A stretch of DNA of 41,387 bases from Octopus bimaculoides (GCF_001194135.2 NC_068983.1:37345571-37386957); one strand, 5' to 3'; positions 22,041-34,467 are shown, counted from the first letter of the stretch. Notes: generated by a model not told the origin, from the sequence alone. Numbers and translations: made by a program.

Positions 22041-22561
22041 ATATATATGTATATATATATGTATATATATATGTATAAACACGCCTATGTCAATATATGT
22101 GACCGTATTTGAGTGTCGGGGTGAAATTTAATGTGAGCAAAGGCCGGCCGCTTTATGCGAACGTATGTGCGTAATGTCATTTAATTTGGTCGTCTGAAAT
22201 CAACGCCGTCAGCTACTTGAAGTTTCCATACTTGAAAAATTGCCTGCTTTGTCGTCAGAAGGCCATATGTGTGTGTGTGTGTGTGTAGGTATGTGTGTAT
22301 TTATGTGAATGTAGGTGTGTGTGTGTGTAATATATGTCAAATTTTCTGTCCATAATCTTATCCCTCATATCACTTGAATTGTATCCATATTTAAGTTTAT
22401 TAATAGATTGTACAATGACTACTTGTGATTATTCTGTCCTTAGGGATGTGATTAGCATTTTGGAGAGACTTACGAAGCGGAAGTTACCAGACACTATTCC
22501 TACATATAATACTACTTGTGTTTGTCTCTTTCACTTAGTCCACTTCTTTGTTCTTCTTCAG

Positions 22562-22589
22562 CTTGATGGAGAGGAACCAAAAGATGGTG
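22562..22589 (+). CDS. Candidate micro-exon (28 nt): LDGEEPKDG
   Basis: Strong acceptor cacttctttgttcttcttcag| and donor GTG|gtaacg. Ends in phase 1, compatible with 33405. Confidence 0.2.
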
Positions 22590-23324
22590 GTAACGTTAAA
22601 AACAATTTAGTGAAACATGAAATCGCTTTATATTAAAATATTTCTAAAATGATTACTGGAAAACGATTTAATAAAAAGAAAAATGTAAACTAATACAAGA
22701 AATTATAAATCTTAAATAATTAGTGCAGAAAATTTCTGCCAAGATCTGACTTTTGGGTCAGTACATACTGTTGCATTTGAGGTTGAATGTTTGGTTGTTT
22801 TTTGTTATCTTTAAAGAGAGAAGGATTTTTTTATTCCTCAAGAAGTAAAAAAAAAAATGAGTTAATCCTTTCTTGGACTACAGAGATTTGTAGAGTGAAT
22901 GCTTATCTGTTGTTTTCATCATGAGATATCTCAATGCTTATTTCATTAAGCAGGGAGGTAATAAATCTCTCGGTCTGAACAGGGTGCTGGTATAAATTTT
23001 AAAAAAGCATTTCACAGGTGTGCTTCCACCCCTCTTCTTCCACAGTGTAGGAATGGATAAGAAACATACCTGTTTTGAAATGTAACAAAACAATTAGAGA
23101 AGAAGAAAAAAATCTGTGTTTATGTATGATATAAGAAGGAAGGGCAGTGATTCTGATCGTTTTGCAGTGATTCTAATATTGCTCTCAAACCAAGTCTCTG
23201 TTGCAAATTCTTGCAACAAAAGGATTGTGCTAAAGGTACACGAGGCCCAGATAGTGATGTTAAATTAGGTATCAGGAAATATAGTCCAATATTTTTATTG
23301 ACTTGACTATTTTAACTCTATTTC

Positions 23325-23530
23325 TTAACCCTTTTGTTACCATGTTTCTATTGATTTCCATTATCTTTATTTCCAATAATTTACAATATAATGAAGAATA
23401 TAGTAAAATGTCCGGAACATAAATTAACATGAAATTTTAATGGGAAGATTTTGTTTAGATCATTTTAAAGCATGAAGTTTGGCCCATAGAACCAGGGGTG
23501 GTCTCAGACAAGTTGGTGTTAAAAGGGTAT
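23325..23530. mobile_element. piggyBac-type MITE, uninterrupted copy
   Basis: TTAA|CCCTTTTGTTACCA ... TGGTGTTAAAAGGG; TTAA plus CCC/GGG termini are piggyBac-like. Confidence 0.65.
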
Positions 23531-24177
23531 ATAAATATCTCCTAAGCTCTTTCGGTTTTTTAAGGATTGGTAATATTGTGTGAAAAATCTGTAAACAGTT
23601 GTTTCCAACATCTAATTAAAGTTTTCTTTTCCTTTCTACAAACATACCCAATGTTCTATTCATAAATGGTACTTTGAAATAACTTATCCTTGATATAAGA
23701 ATTCTTCATTTGCAATTCATTTTCATGTTATTTTTTCCCCCCCTAACCTGCATTTGTCTTCCTCTAGTAACATTCTCATTTGATCTGGACCTATTTTTTG
23801 ACAACTGAGCTAAGGCATTAAAATTAAGCATACTATCTAAATATGCAAGATGACTGCTATGGATTTCAACTAAAATTTTTCAGCTGGTATTTCTATACTT
23901 TATCTATTTGACTGTTGTTTTGTTTTAAATAGTGGCATTCCTTGAATATTAAGTGACCAAATCAATAGGGTGTTGGATTACAGATGGTTTCAATGTCAAA
24001 AATGCTCTACTCTGTTGTTCATTTCTATAAATAGGTACCATGGGTTGATACAGTACATTGCCATAAGAAGTTAGAGCAGTGTTCATTAGCAATTTTCCCC
24101 ATAGTTTGCAGGGTATAATTAAAATTCTCCTATGAACTTGGCCTAAACTATGAGTTAGAGGTTTGTAGATAATTCAG

Positions 24178-24367
24178 TTGCTCACAGAACAATGCACCAC
24201 ACTGTGACATGTTGCCTAGGACACAACACAAGCACAGTATTTGGAATGTGTTGCCCAGAACACAACATAGTATTTGTGATATATTTCGCAGAACATCACA
24301 CTATTTATATTTTGTTACCTAGAACACAACACAACGCAGTGTTTGTAATATATTGCTGAGAACACAT
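24178..24367. repeat. Degenerate ~30-37-bp minisatellite
   Basis: Recurrent TTGCC(C/T)AGAACACAAC...GTATTTG, about 6 units. Confidence 0.55.
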
Positions 24368-25960
24368 CATCAACATCATTATCATCATCATCATTTAACG
24401 TCTGTTTTCCATGTTGGTATGGGTTGGATGGTTTGACATTATTTGACGAATTGCAGGGCTGTGTCAAGCTCCAGGATCAGCTTTGGCAAGGTTTCTGTGG
24501 TTGGATGCCCTTCCTAACACCAACCACTTTGCAGTGTGTGCTAGTTGCTTTTCTCATATCACCAGTACTAGGGGATGTTGCCAAGTAACTCGGAAGACAG
24601 AAAACAACAGGAAAAAAGAAAAGGAGAAAGCTCTCATTACTAAGTGGGTTAAGTATTTGAGAGGGGGAGGTGATTTTATGCCAGGTGTTGAAAGGCTAAA
24701 GTATAATAGAAGGACAAGCATAGGTGTCCCACTATAGAGAAAATATATTAAGGTAAGTAGTAGTAACTGGGAAGATGAGGACGATAAAGATGATAGTGAT
24801 AAAGTGCCAGAGCAGACTTTCAAGGTACAAGAAGGTGAGCATGAGAGAGGATACAGACAACATCAGGGGAAAAGAGAGTGGATAGTTTCCTAAGTGTTAG
24901 GGGAGAGTAACAGATAGTTAGAAATGATGGTAGAGGTGAACGTAGTGATTAATGAAGATGGGTAGAGATGTGATTTATGGGAAATATCAGTGTAGAGAGA
25001 GGGTGAGGTGAGAGACAGAAGTGGCTGAGGATAGATCAGAAGGTAGGGGTATAGTGTGCAAGGTATAAGAGTTTTGGAGAGGGAGATATCGAGGGCGAGG
25101 TACATAAGGGTGGCTATATTGAGTGGGGCATGATGATGGCAGATATGAGAAGGTGTTGAGAATGATAAGAAATATATGAGGTGTTAAAATGGATTATGGC
25201 AAAGGAGAGATATAACTGAAGGCACAGGAAGGAGATGATTGGTGAAAATGGTGTGGAAAGAGGGAGAAGAATGAGAATAAGGGATGGAAGTGGTTCCAGA
25301 AGGGAGGAGATGACTGGTTGTGCAAAGGAAGTGGGTGGAGTAATATATACTGATTTTGCCCTCATGGTTACAACCACTGAGTTTTACCAGGGTTGGGTGT
25401 TAGGGGAATGCGATATGGGGAATGATTGATGAAGCAGAATGGATTAGAAGCATAAACAGAATGCTTTTAAAACATCATTTTTTGCTGTGATGGTCAGGTC
25501 CTCCGTAATACAACAAATTGTCAATGCTGTAGGTCCTTTGTCATCTCTTTCATGAGGCTTAGTATTTTGAATTCAGCCGTCACTACTTCATTCCATGTCT
25601 TCCGGCCCCACCCTCTTCCTCAAGTTCCATCCACTTTAAATGACCAACTCTTTATGCAGCTGTCCTCGTCCAAACACATCACATGACCAAACTAGCAAAT
25701 TCTTTTCTTTTTGCACAGTACATCTGTTTCCTCTTATGACTAATTTTTCTCTTAGTACCTAAGTACTTTGTTGTACATCCACACTGATATTGTATATCCA
25801 ACAGAGCATACTAGCTTCATTTCTCTCTAGTTTTCACATACCCTCTGCATTCAGGACCCACGTCTCACTACCATATAGCCTTCCTTTCATATTCAGGTAT
25901 TGTGCAATTTACTTCTCACCTGAAGAGTATTTCTGATATGTTGTAAAAGTGCATACTTTT
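24365..25960 (-). mobile_element. 5'-truncated RTE-clade LINE
   Basis: Minus frame YGSETWVLNAEGM*KLERNEASMLCW...LREKL (RTE RT C-terminal motifs, frameshifted), GA-rich 3'UTR and (GAT)n tail. Confidence 0.85.
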
Positions 25961-25977
25961 TCTAATATGACATTACA

Positions 25978-26625
25978 CGGTACCACTTAAGCACTGGTGA
26001 TGGTGCCATGTAAAAGGCACTGGTGATGGTACCACATAAAAAGCACTGGCGATGGTTCCATGTAAGTACCACATAAAAGGCACTGGTGATGATAATATGT
26101 AAAAAATACTGGTGATAGTACCATGTAGAAAGCACCAGTAATGGTACCATGTAAAAAGCACCAGTGATGGTACCATGTAAAAAGAACTTGTGATGGTACT
26201 ATGTAAGAAGAACTTGTGATGGTACCATGTAAAAAGCACTGGTGATAGTACCATGTAAAAAGCACTGGTGATGGTACCATGTAAAAAGCACTGGTGATGG
26301 CACCATGTAAAAAGCACTGGTGATGGTACCACGTAAAAAGCACTGGTGATGGCGCCACGTAAAAAGCACTGGTGATGGCACCATGTAAAAAGCACTGGTG
26401 ATGGTACCATTTAAAAAGCACTGGTGATGGTACCATGTAAATAGCACTGGTGATGGTACCACGTAAAAAGCACCCAGTACACTCTATAAAGTGGTGTTAG
26501 AAAGGGCACCCAGCTATAGAAACTATGCCAAAACAGACAGTTGGATCCTGGTCTAGCATCCGGTCTTACCAGTTCCTTTCAAACTGTCCAACCCATGCCA
26601 GGATGGAAAATAGACAATGATGATT
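25978..26625 (+). mobile_element. RTE 3' tail carrying an expanded 26-bp tandem array
   Basis: The array continues into AAAGCACCCAGTACAC...AAGGGCACCCAGC...CCAACCCATGCC. Confidence 0.8.
25989..26472 (+). repeat. 26-bp minisatellite (~18-19 units), consensus AAAAGCACTGGTGATGGTACCATGTA
   Basis: Head-to-tail units without spacers; the ORF track shows a 26-aa (3-unit) period. Confidence 0.95.
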
Positions 26626-26984
26626 ACAAAACATATTGAGAGGTCAGTGTCTTACATCCTTGTTTGATCATTACATTTTCCTACTTGGAGTTGGTTAAAT
26701 GTATCCAGTATTATTAGTATGGGTTAAGGATGATGGTTTGACAGACTCGTTAGAGGACTAAACAAAATACCTTGTAGGTTTCTTGTTTTTTTTTTTTTTG
26801 CAAATTTCTTTCAATGCCACCACCATCATCATCATCATCACTATTTAACATCTATGTTCCATGTTAGCATCGGTTTGGTGGTTCAACAGGAACTAGTGAG
26901 CCAGAAATAATGAAGTTGCAAAATGAGCTTCGTAAGCACACAGCAATGCTATATATCTACCTGTATGTGGTGTGTGTGTGTATA

Positions 26985-27201
26985 TGAGGGGGAGCTGAAA
27001 AGTTCCTCGCTTTGGGTAAAAGAAAATACAGGAGGATCAGTTAATTATGATTTTATTCAACATATTCCCCTCTCAGTTTCACACACTTATTGCAGCAGTC
27101 CTTCAGTTTTTCTAAGCCCTGTAAAAGAACTTGGAAGGTTGGGCCTCCAACCAGACCTTCCGCAATACTCTTAAAGCCAAGAACTTTCCAGCACCCTCTC
27201 A
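26985..27201. mobile_element. Mariner-type MITE
   Basis: TIRs TGAGGGGGAGCTGAAAAGTTCCTCGCTTT / AAAGCCAAGAACTTTCCAGCACCCTCTCA in TA context. A second copy lies inverted at 39413-39625. Confidence 0.8.
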
Positions 27202-27399
27202 TGTATATATATATAATGTGGGTATTATGTATGGATGTGCATGTTTTTGTGTCTGTTTCCCCATCACTTGATAAATGGTGTTGATTTATTTTACAACCCC
27301 TTGTGAGTTAGCAGTTTAAGGATAGAAACCAATAGAATAAGCATCAGAGGTTTAATTAATCACTTGGTTAATCAAGCAATCAGTTGTGTTTGTCAAAGT

Positions 27400-27750
27400 C
27401 TTTTCATCATCATTCACAACCTTTTTAATAATATGCCCTCTCTACTGCGGCCGTACTAGAGCACTGCATTTTAGTCGAAAAGATCGACCCCAGGATTTAT
27501 TTTTTAAGCTTGGTACTCATTCTCTTTTGCCAAACTGCTAAGTTGCAGGAACAAACACAGACATAAAGACACACACACACACACATATACAACAGGCTTC
27601 TTTCAGTTTCTGTCTACCAAATCCACTCACAAGGTTTTGGTCTACCCGAGGCTATAGTAGAAGACACTCACCTAAGGTGCCATGCAGTGGGACTGAACCC
27701 AGAACCATGTGGATGGAAAGCAAGTTTCTTATCACACAGCCATGCCTTTG
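27400..27750 (-). mobile_element. Family B SINE
   Basis: Reverse-complement match to 11898-12287. Confidence 0.8.
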
Positions 27751-27866
27751 CCTCTGTAATAAATTATTCTACATGTCTGCACTAATATGCATGCTGTGCA
27801 TCATACAATGCAGTTGTATATTTACAAATCAGGACTGATAAAGAAAGCTAGCTCATCAAATAACTA

Positions 27867-28341
27867 TGGCACTCTGTCGGTTATGACGACGAGGGTTCCA
27901 GTTGATCCAATCAATGGAACAGCCTGCTTGTGAAATTAGTGTGCAAGTGGCTGAGCACTCCACAGGTACATGTACCTTTAACGTAATTCTTGAGAAGATT
28001 CAGCATGACACAGAGGGTGACAAGGCTAGCCCTTTGAAATACAGGTACAACAGAAACAGGAAGAAAGAGTGGGAGAAAGTTGTGGTGAAAGAGTACAGCA
28101 GGGTTTGTCACCATCTCCTGCCGGAGCCTCGTGNNNNNNNNNNAGAAACAGGAAGAAAGAGTGGGAGAAAGTTGTGGTGAAAGAGTACAGCAGGGTTTGT
28201 CACCATCTCCTGCCGGAGCCTCGTGGAGCTTTAGGTGTTTTCGCTCACAATGCCCGGTCTCACAATGCCAGGTCTAGGAATTGAAACCGTGATCCTATGA
28301 CTGTGAGTCCACTGCCCTAACCACTGGGCCATTGTGCCTCC
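27867..28341 (-). mobile_element. tRNA-derived SINE (family D); internal 82-bp duplication is an assembly artefact
   Basis: Reverse-complement match to 36779-37105. Confidence 0.85.
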
Positions 28342-28417
28342 ACATCAGATAACTAGAACATCATGGTTACACCAGTTCTTCAACACAGAATGTGAAAGGA
28401 CACAACTAGATGCAGTA

Positions 28418-28523
28418 AATCAATTTAATCTGTTGCTCTACCATCTCTGATGTTAAATCCAAAGGAGGATGGTCGTCTTTGGATTTAGCAGCAGAGATGG
28501 CAGAGCAACAGATTAAATTGATT
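28418..28523. repeat. Hairpin with 47-bp arms (3 mismatches) and 12-nt loop
   Basis: 28418-28464 versus 28477-28523. Confidence 0.9.
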
Positions 28524-29759
28524 CAGTGTATTTAATTTTGTCTCTTTACATTCTGTGTTCAGATTTCGCCAGGATTATTTATTTTCATTGGTGCTCATAT
28601 TACTTGTTAATATTTAAATGACTGCATAATGAGCTAATCAAGGCTATGCATCTCTTTTAATTCTCAGATGGAGTCATTCAGTTTTACTTTCCCCTTTGGG
28701 AAAGGCATGCATATCACAACTTTCCACTACCATCACAACCACCCTTTTTCATATGGTCTTTGAACTTAAAATATTTCTGTTTAAAACACTTGTTTTCTTT
28801 GTTATACTACTATCAAAACACTTTTGGCCCCATTACAAATGGAATCCCATTTTGAGAGTTTTGGTTTCTCCAGTTGAGTATAAATTAAATTTAGAATATA
28901 TAATGACATTGCATCTCGATAACATAGTTCTTTGAAATTAGATTTCATCTGTTCTAAGCAATTTGGAAATCAATTTTTTTTCTTTGACAGAATTTTTTTC
29001 ACTCAACTGGAGCAGAAAAATTTTCTCTTTATATTGTAACAGTCTGCATTATTTGCATGACTTTTGCCTGAGAATTTTTTTTTTGTCTGTATGCATATGT
29101 TGTCATTTTGTTTTTCATAAATTTTTCCTTCGTTAGTCATTTATTTATTTATTTATTTATTTATTTTTGCATTCTAGGAATGCAATTTATTGTATTTCAT
29201 GTTACAATGAAAATATAAAAATGGCGAACATACTGTTGGTTATTTTCAAAGAGAGATCTAGGAAAAAGAAGGAAGAAACTTGGTTATTCTTCTTTCTGTA
29301 ATTTTTTCCCCCTTTAGTCAACCATACCTTATTCTTTCCATGCTGTGAATTTCTTACATAGTTTTGTTTTCATAGTTTTGAAAAGTGTGAAAGAAAGGGA
29401 AACCTTATACTTGAAAGAAATAAGGTAGAAATAGATGCTATTTTGTGCTGTATTGCATTTACTAGCTTTAGGAACAAGGAAGGGGTACATATTTTATCAT
29501 CTTCAATGAGCATTCTTGTAGAATGCATATAATTTGTAATGTGAAATTTTCAATGGGATGAAAGGCAGTTGGTTAAAATATAATAAATTCTCTTATTAGT
29601 TTGAGTAGGTTAAAATTAATCTTATAATGATTTCAAAGAGCTGTGGTGAGTCCAATAACTCATTGAGTCATAGGGGTACCTCTGTATGATTTGTCCATGT
29701 ATCTAATCTCAATCAGTTTGGCAAAGCCTTTCCTTCTCTAAACTAAACAGTATTAAATT

Positions 29760-30065
29760 TCATTTCTCTTTTACTTGTTTTAGTTATTGGATACAGCCAT
29801 GCTGGAGCACCATCTTATAGCATTTTAATTTATCATATTTTTTAAAGTCAAGTGTTTATTTTATTGGTTTCTGTTGAACTGCTTAGTTATGGAACATGAA
29901 CACACAGCACTGTTTTTCAAGTGGTGCCAACACAAAGACAGACATTGTGACAGATACACATACAGTTTGGGGCTGTAGCAGAAGACACTTGCCCAAAGTG
30001 CCACACAGTGAGACTGAACTCGAGACCACCTGGTTGGGAAGCAAGCTCCTTAACCACACTGCCAT
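29760..30065 (-). mobile_element. Family B SINE, decayed
   Basis: CAGCCATGCTGGAGCAC...AGAAGACACTTGCCCAAAGTGCCACACAGTG. Confidence 0.75.
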
Positions 30066-30119
30066 GCTTTGCCTGTCAGGTGTACAGTAGGTGAATTGCA
30101 GGAAGCATGGTAGTTATAT

Positions 30120-30365
30120 CGTCATCATCATCATCATCGTTTAACGTCCACTTTCCATGCTAGCATGGGCTGGATGATTTGACTGAGGACTGGTGAACCA
30201 GATGGCTACACCAGGATCCAATCTGATTTGGCAGAGTTTCTACAGCTGGATGCCCTTCCTAATGCCAACCACTCTGAGAGTGTAGTGGGTGCTTTTACGT
30301 GCCACCGGCACGAAGGCCAGTCAGGCGGTACTGGCAACGGCCAAAATGGTGTATTTTACGTGCCA

Positions 30366-30368
<3 letters not shown>
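30120..30368 (-). mobile_element. RTE-type 3' tail, well preserved
   Basis: (CAT)n-CGTTTAACGTCCAC...GGATGCCCTTCCTAATGCCAACC. Confidence 0.85.
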
Positions 30369-30413
<45 letters not shown>

Positions 30414-30938
30414 CACACGTATGTGTAGTTCCCTTGTCTTGATATTGTGTGATGGTTGTAAATAAGCATTACCATCATACAAGCAATGTTGGTTAATTCC
30501 AGTTTTCTATGAAAAAAAAATGTCTGGCCTCAGGAAAATATTACTTTACTTTGAAACAAGTGAGAGTTGGCATCAGGATGGGTATCAAATCATAGAAAAT
30601 ATCCTTCAACAAATTCTGTCAGACCAATGTAAGCATGGAAAATAAATGGACATTAAATGAGGATGATTAAATGTTGGGTTGATTTAAATCATCCACACTT
30701 CCAAAAATTTTTTGTCTTGAGTTAGAAATGATTATAATTGAAGATTTCCTTCTCTGTAATTTTAGAGTAAAACATATTTTTTTCATATGATATTGAAATA
30801 TTTGTTGCATGTCTTCAGCCTCCAAATTTAGAACACTTGTGCATTTTATTGGAAGAAGTTTCATATTTTTACAAATTTTTGTTATATTTCTCTCTTTTTT
30901 TTCCTTCACATTTCTTCAATTTTTTTTATCATTACCAG

Positions 30939-31026
30939 AAATCCATGTGGAATGGATACTTTTCTAGAAACTTGATTAGGCTTTCTAGAGAAGGAATACT
31001 TATTTTGTACATCTGTTTACTGTCAA
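30939..31026 (+). CDS. Candidate exon (88 nt), coding or UTR: KSMWNGYFSRNLIRLSREGILILYICLLS
   Basis: Very long polypyrimidine tract plus cag|, and a moderate donor CAA|gtatct. Phase 1 end would create ATG at the junction with 33405. Confidence 0.25.
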
Positions 31027-31532
31027 GTATCTGATAACTTGAGCATTTAATATCTTATCATGAAATATATGTGTGTGTGTGTGTTTTTGTATGTTTGTTT
31101 GTGTGTGTGTTTTTGTATGTTTGTTTGTGTGTATGTATGCATATTTGTATGTGTGTATGTATTTATATGTAGTTTCCATGTGTGTGTGTGTGTGTGTGTG
31201 TGCATGCATGCATATGTGTGTGTATTAAGTTTCATGGAATCATAGGAGGTATTATGCAAAACAAAACATAAAATAAACTGAATATATAATTGAAAAAAAA
31301 AAAGAATATAATTTGAAGTATACTACAGGCTGGTGTGGGTGGCCTAAGAAACAGTAAATATTTCAGAGAGTAGAAAAGAACAGTGAATATGAGATAATGG
31401 TAACATATACCATATTTACCCAAGTAGAAAGCCTTCTCAAATACAAAGTGGTATCCCTATTTTTTGTCTCTAAAAATCACTAGTTTAGGCAAACTGTTTT
31501 TAATGGCAGAACTCAAAATAGATAAAGCTGTA

Positions 31533-31775
31533 GATATTTCTTTCTACTATAGGCTGAAGGCCTGAAATTGTAGACGAGCGGGCCTAATTGATTACATCCC
31601 CCCCTCCTCTCAATACTCAACTAGGGGTGTTGATGTAATCAACTTATATTGTTGACCATGAAGGATGAAAGGCAAAGGTAATTTTGGTGGAATTTGAACT
31701 CAGGATGTAAAGCTGGAAGAAATGCTGCTAAGCATTATGTTCAGTGTGCTAATGTGTCTGCCAACTTGTTGCCTT
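31533..31775 (-). mobile_element. Family C SINE with a 13-bp TSD (AGATAAAGCTGTA)
   Basis: TSD copies at 31520-31532 and 32848-32860 become adjacent to the SINE once the hAT insertion is removed. Confidence 0.75.
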
Positions 31776-31779
31776 AGAT

Positions 31780-32081
31780 CAGGGCTGACCAACCTGAGGC
31801 CCGCATGCTGTCTGCAGACTTTTATCTTGCAGCCTACTTCATACTTTCTTGAAATGCGTGATTCTTTATTGTGTTTAATTTCAAAATAAAATCGTTTGTG
31901 TAAAACATTTGTTTCAAAATAAATTTAAAATTTAAAATTTCTTAGTGACAATAAAGCAATAGCCTAAAATTTTATAATTTTAAACGTGGCACTTTGGGCA
32001 AGTGTCTTCTACTATAGCCTCGGGCTGACCAAAGCCTTGTGAGTGGATTTGGTAGATGGAAACTGAAAGAAGCCCGGCGTA

Positions 32082-32119
<38 letters not shown>

Positions 32120-32414
32120 NNNNNNNNNNNNNNNNNNNNNNNNNNNNNNNNNNNNNNNNNNNNNNNNNNNNNNNNNNNNNNNNNNNNNNNNNNNNNNNNN
32201 NNNNNNNNNNNNNNNNNNNNNNNNNNNNNNNNNNNNNNNNNNNNNNNNNNNNNNNNNNNNNNNNNNNNNNNNNNNNNNNNNNNNNNNNNNNNNNNNNNNN
32301 NNNNNNNNNNNNNNNNNNNNNNNNNNNNNNNNNNNNNNNNNNNNNNNNNNNNNNNNNNNNNNNNNNNNNNNNNNNNNNNNNNNNNNNNNNNNNNNNNNNN
32401 NNNNNNNNNNNNNN

Positions 32415-32453
<39 letters not shown>

Positions 32454-32843
32454 ATGTGTGTTTGTGTGCCTGTGTTTGTTCCCCCACCATCGCTTGACAA
32501 CCAATGCTGGTGTGTTTACGTCCCCGTAACTTAGCGGTTCGGCAAAAAGAGACCGACAGAATAAGTACTAGGTTTACAAAGAATAAGTCCTGGGGTCGAT
32601 TTTCTCGACTAAAGGTGGTGCTCCAGCATGGCCGCAGTCAAATGACTGAAACAAGTAAAAGAGTAAAAAGGCAATAAAGCAAAGGCCTACGATTTTATAA
32701 TTTTAAACAAACGAAAAGTATGAAAAATTCTTGATTCTGTAATTTGATCGTTTGACTGCTAGTGCATAAAGTATACAAGTGGCCCTCAAAAAACTTTCTG
32801 TGATTAAAGTGGCCCACAATGTAATTCAAGTTGGCCAGGCTTG
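31780..32843. mobile_element. hAT-type MITE with a nested SINE
   Basis: TIRs CAGGGCTGACCAAC / GTTGGCCAGGCTTG and perfect 8-bp TSD CCTTAGAT (31772-79, 32844-51). Confidence 0.85.
31986..32670 (+). mobile_element. 5'-truncated family B SINE inside the hAT MITE, containing an N gap
   Basis: Starts at GTGGCACTTTGGGCAAG and ends with ...GTAAAAGAGTAAAAAG. Confidence 0.85.
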
Positions 32844-32867
32844 CCTTAGATAAAGCTGTAAATAGTA

Positions 32868-33072
32868 AGTTTCAAATTTTGGCACAAGGTCAACAATTTC
32901 AGAAAGTGCTTACATCAACCCCAGTGTGCAACTGGTACTTATTTTATCGACTCTGAAAGGATGAAAGTCTAAGTCAACCTTGCCGGAATTTGAACTCGGA
33001 ACATAAAGCAGGACAAAATACCACTAAGCATTTTGTCCGGCATGCTAACATTGCTGCGAGTTTGCTGCCTTT
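32868..33072 (-). mobile_element. Family C SINE
   Basis: TTTCAAATTTTGGCACAAGG...GGAATTTGAACTC...TTTGCTGCCTT. Confidence 0.75.
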
Positions 33073-33404
33073 TTAAAGGTGTAAATAATGGTGTGATATC
33101 ATCATCATCATCATCATCATCGTTTAACGTCCGCTTTCCATNNNNNNNNNNCTTTTATGTGCCACCCGCACAAGCCAGTCCAGGGGCACTGGCAACGATA
33201 TTGGTTAAAATCCCCCTTGGTTAGGAAAAATGTTGAAGGCTGTTTGTGTGATTTGAACTCACATCTGTAAACATGATAGATATGCTACCATTATATCAAA
33301 GTCACACTGTGAATTTTCTGCATCCATTTTAAAGAACTGTAAGATGGTTACATTATAAAAATTTCAAAACTTTGAGAGACATCATGTAAAATTATTTTTA
33401 ACAG

Positions 33405-33439
33405 TGGAACTTGAAGTAGATGATGCTATAAATAAGCGT
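33405..33439 (+). CDS. Candidate exon (35 nt): xELEVDDAINKR
   Basis: Acceptor attatttttaacag| and donor CGT|gtaaga. Phase 1 in, phase 0 out. Confidence 0.45.
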
Positions 33440-33677
33440 GTAAGAATATTGAGTTTAAAAACCCTTTGGATGGGGAAAAACAAATTTGAAGACCGTCCAT
33501 GATACTTGAACCCAGATCTTCTGTTAACTCAAAACCTTATAGTTTATCCTTTTATCTTTTTCACATTTATGTATAATGATATTCACACTGGTGTTTTGTA
33601 TTAAATCTCTTGCGCTATACATTAGTAAATGCAGTAGTTTAGAAATATATTTAGAATCACACACACACACACATACA

Positions 33678-33727
<50 letters not shown>

Positions 33728-33942
33728 NNNNNNNNNNNNNNNNNNNNNNNNNNNNNNNNNNNNNNNNNNNNNNNNNNNNNNNNNNNNNNNNNNNNNNNNN
33801 NNNNNNNNNNNNNNNNNNNNNNNNNNNNNNNNNNNNNNNNNNNNNNNNNNNNNNNNNNNNNNNNNNNNNNNNNNNNNNNNNNNNNNNNNNNNNNNNNNNN
33901 NNNNNNNNNNNNNNNNNNNNNNNNNNNNNNNNNNNNNNNNNN

Positions 33943-33995
<53 letters not shown>

Positions 33996-34119
33996 TCTCT
34001 CTCTCTCAAAAGCAAAACTTCAGTCTTTCACTATTCTGTCTTTTTAACTGTGATCTTATGTTTAGGTGTTCACAAACACACAGAAACCTTATACCCGATT
34101 TCATTTTAATTCTCTTTCC

Positions 34120-34155
<36 letters not shown>

Positions 34156-34189
34156 TCACACACACTCACACACAGTATGATATCATCAT

Positions 34190-34403
34190 CATCATCTCTG
34201 CTTTTCCTTACTTGCATGAGTCAAGTGTAATTTGTCAAGGCAGATTTTCTATGGTCAGATGCCCTTCCTGTTGCTAACACATCTTTCCAAGGGCATTACT
34301 ATTTCCTTGCAGCCAGACATGTTTTCCACAGAAGACTGTAAACAAATTGTATTGCTTGTATGACTGACACTTGTTTACAACCATCATGTGATATCAAGAC
34401 AAA

Positions 34404-34467
<64 letters not shown>

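Noticed and set aside
22562-22598. CUUGAUGG...ACCA-AAAGA-UGGU...AACGUUA as a hammerhead
   Set aside because: The core is non-canonical and stem I is absent; the strong upstream acceptor makes a micro-exon or chance more likely.
25989-26472. 26-bp array as a CRISPR array or repeat protein (ORFs 25973-26462)
   Set aside because: Units are contiguous with no unique spacers, the context is eukaryotic with no cas genes, and all three frames are open only because the unit lacks stops.
28052-28225. Perfect 82-bp direct repeat
   Set aside because: Identical copies flank a 10-N gap and the homologous SINE at 36779 has no such duplication; this is an unmerged contig overlap.
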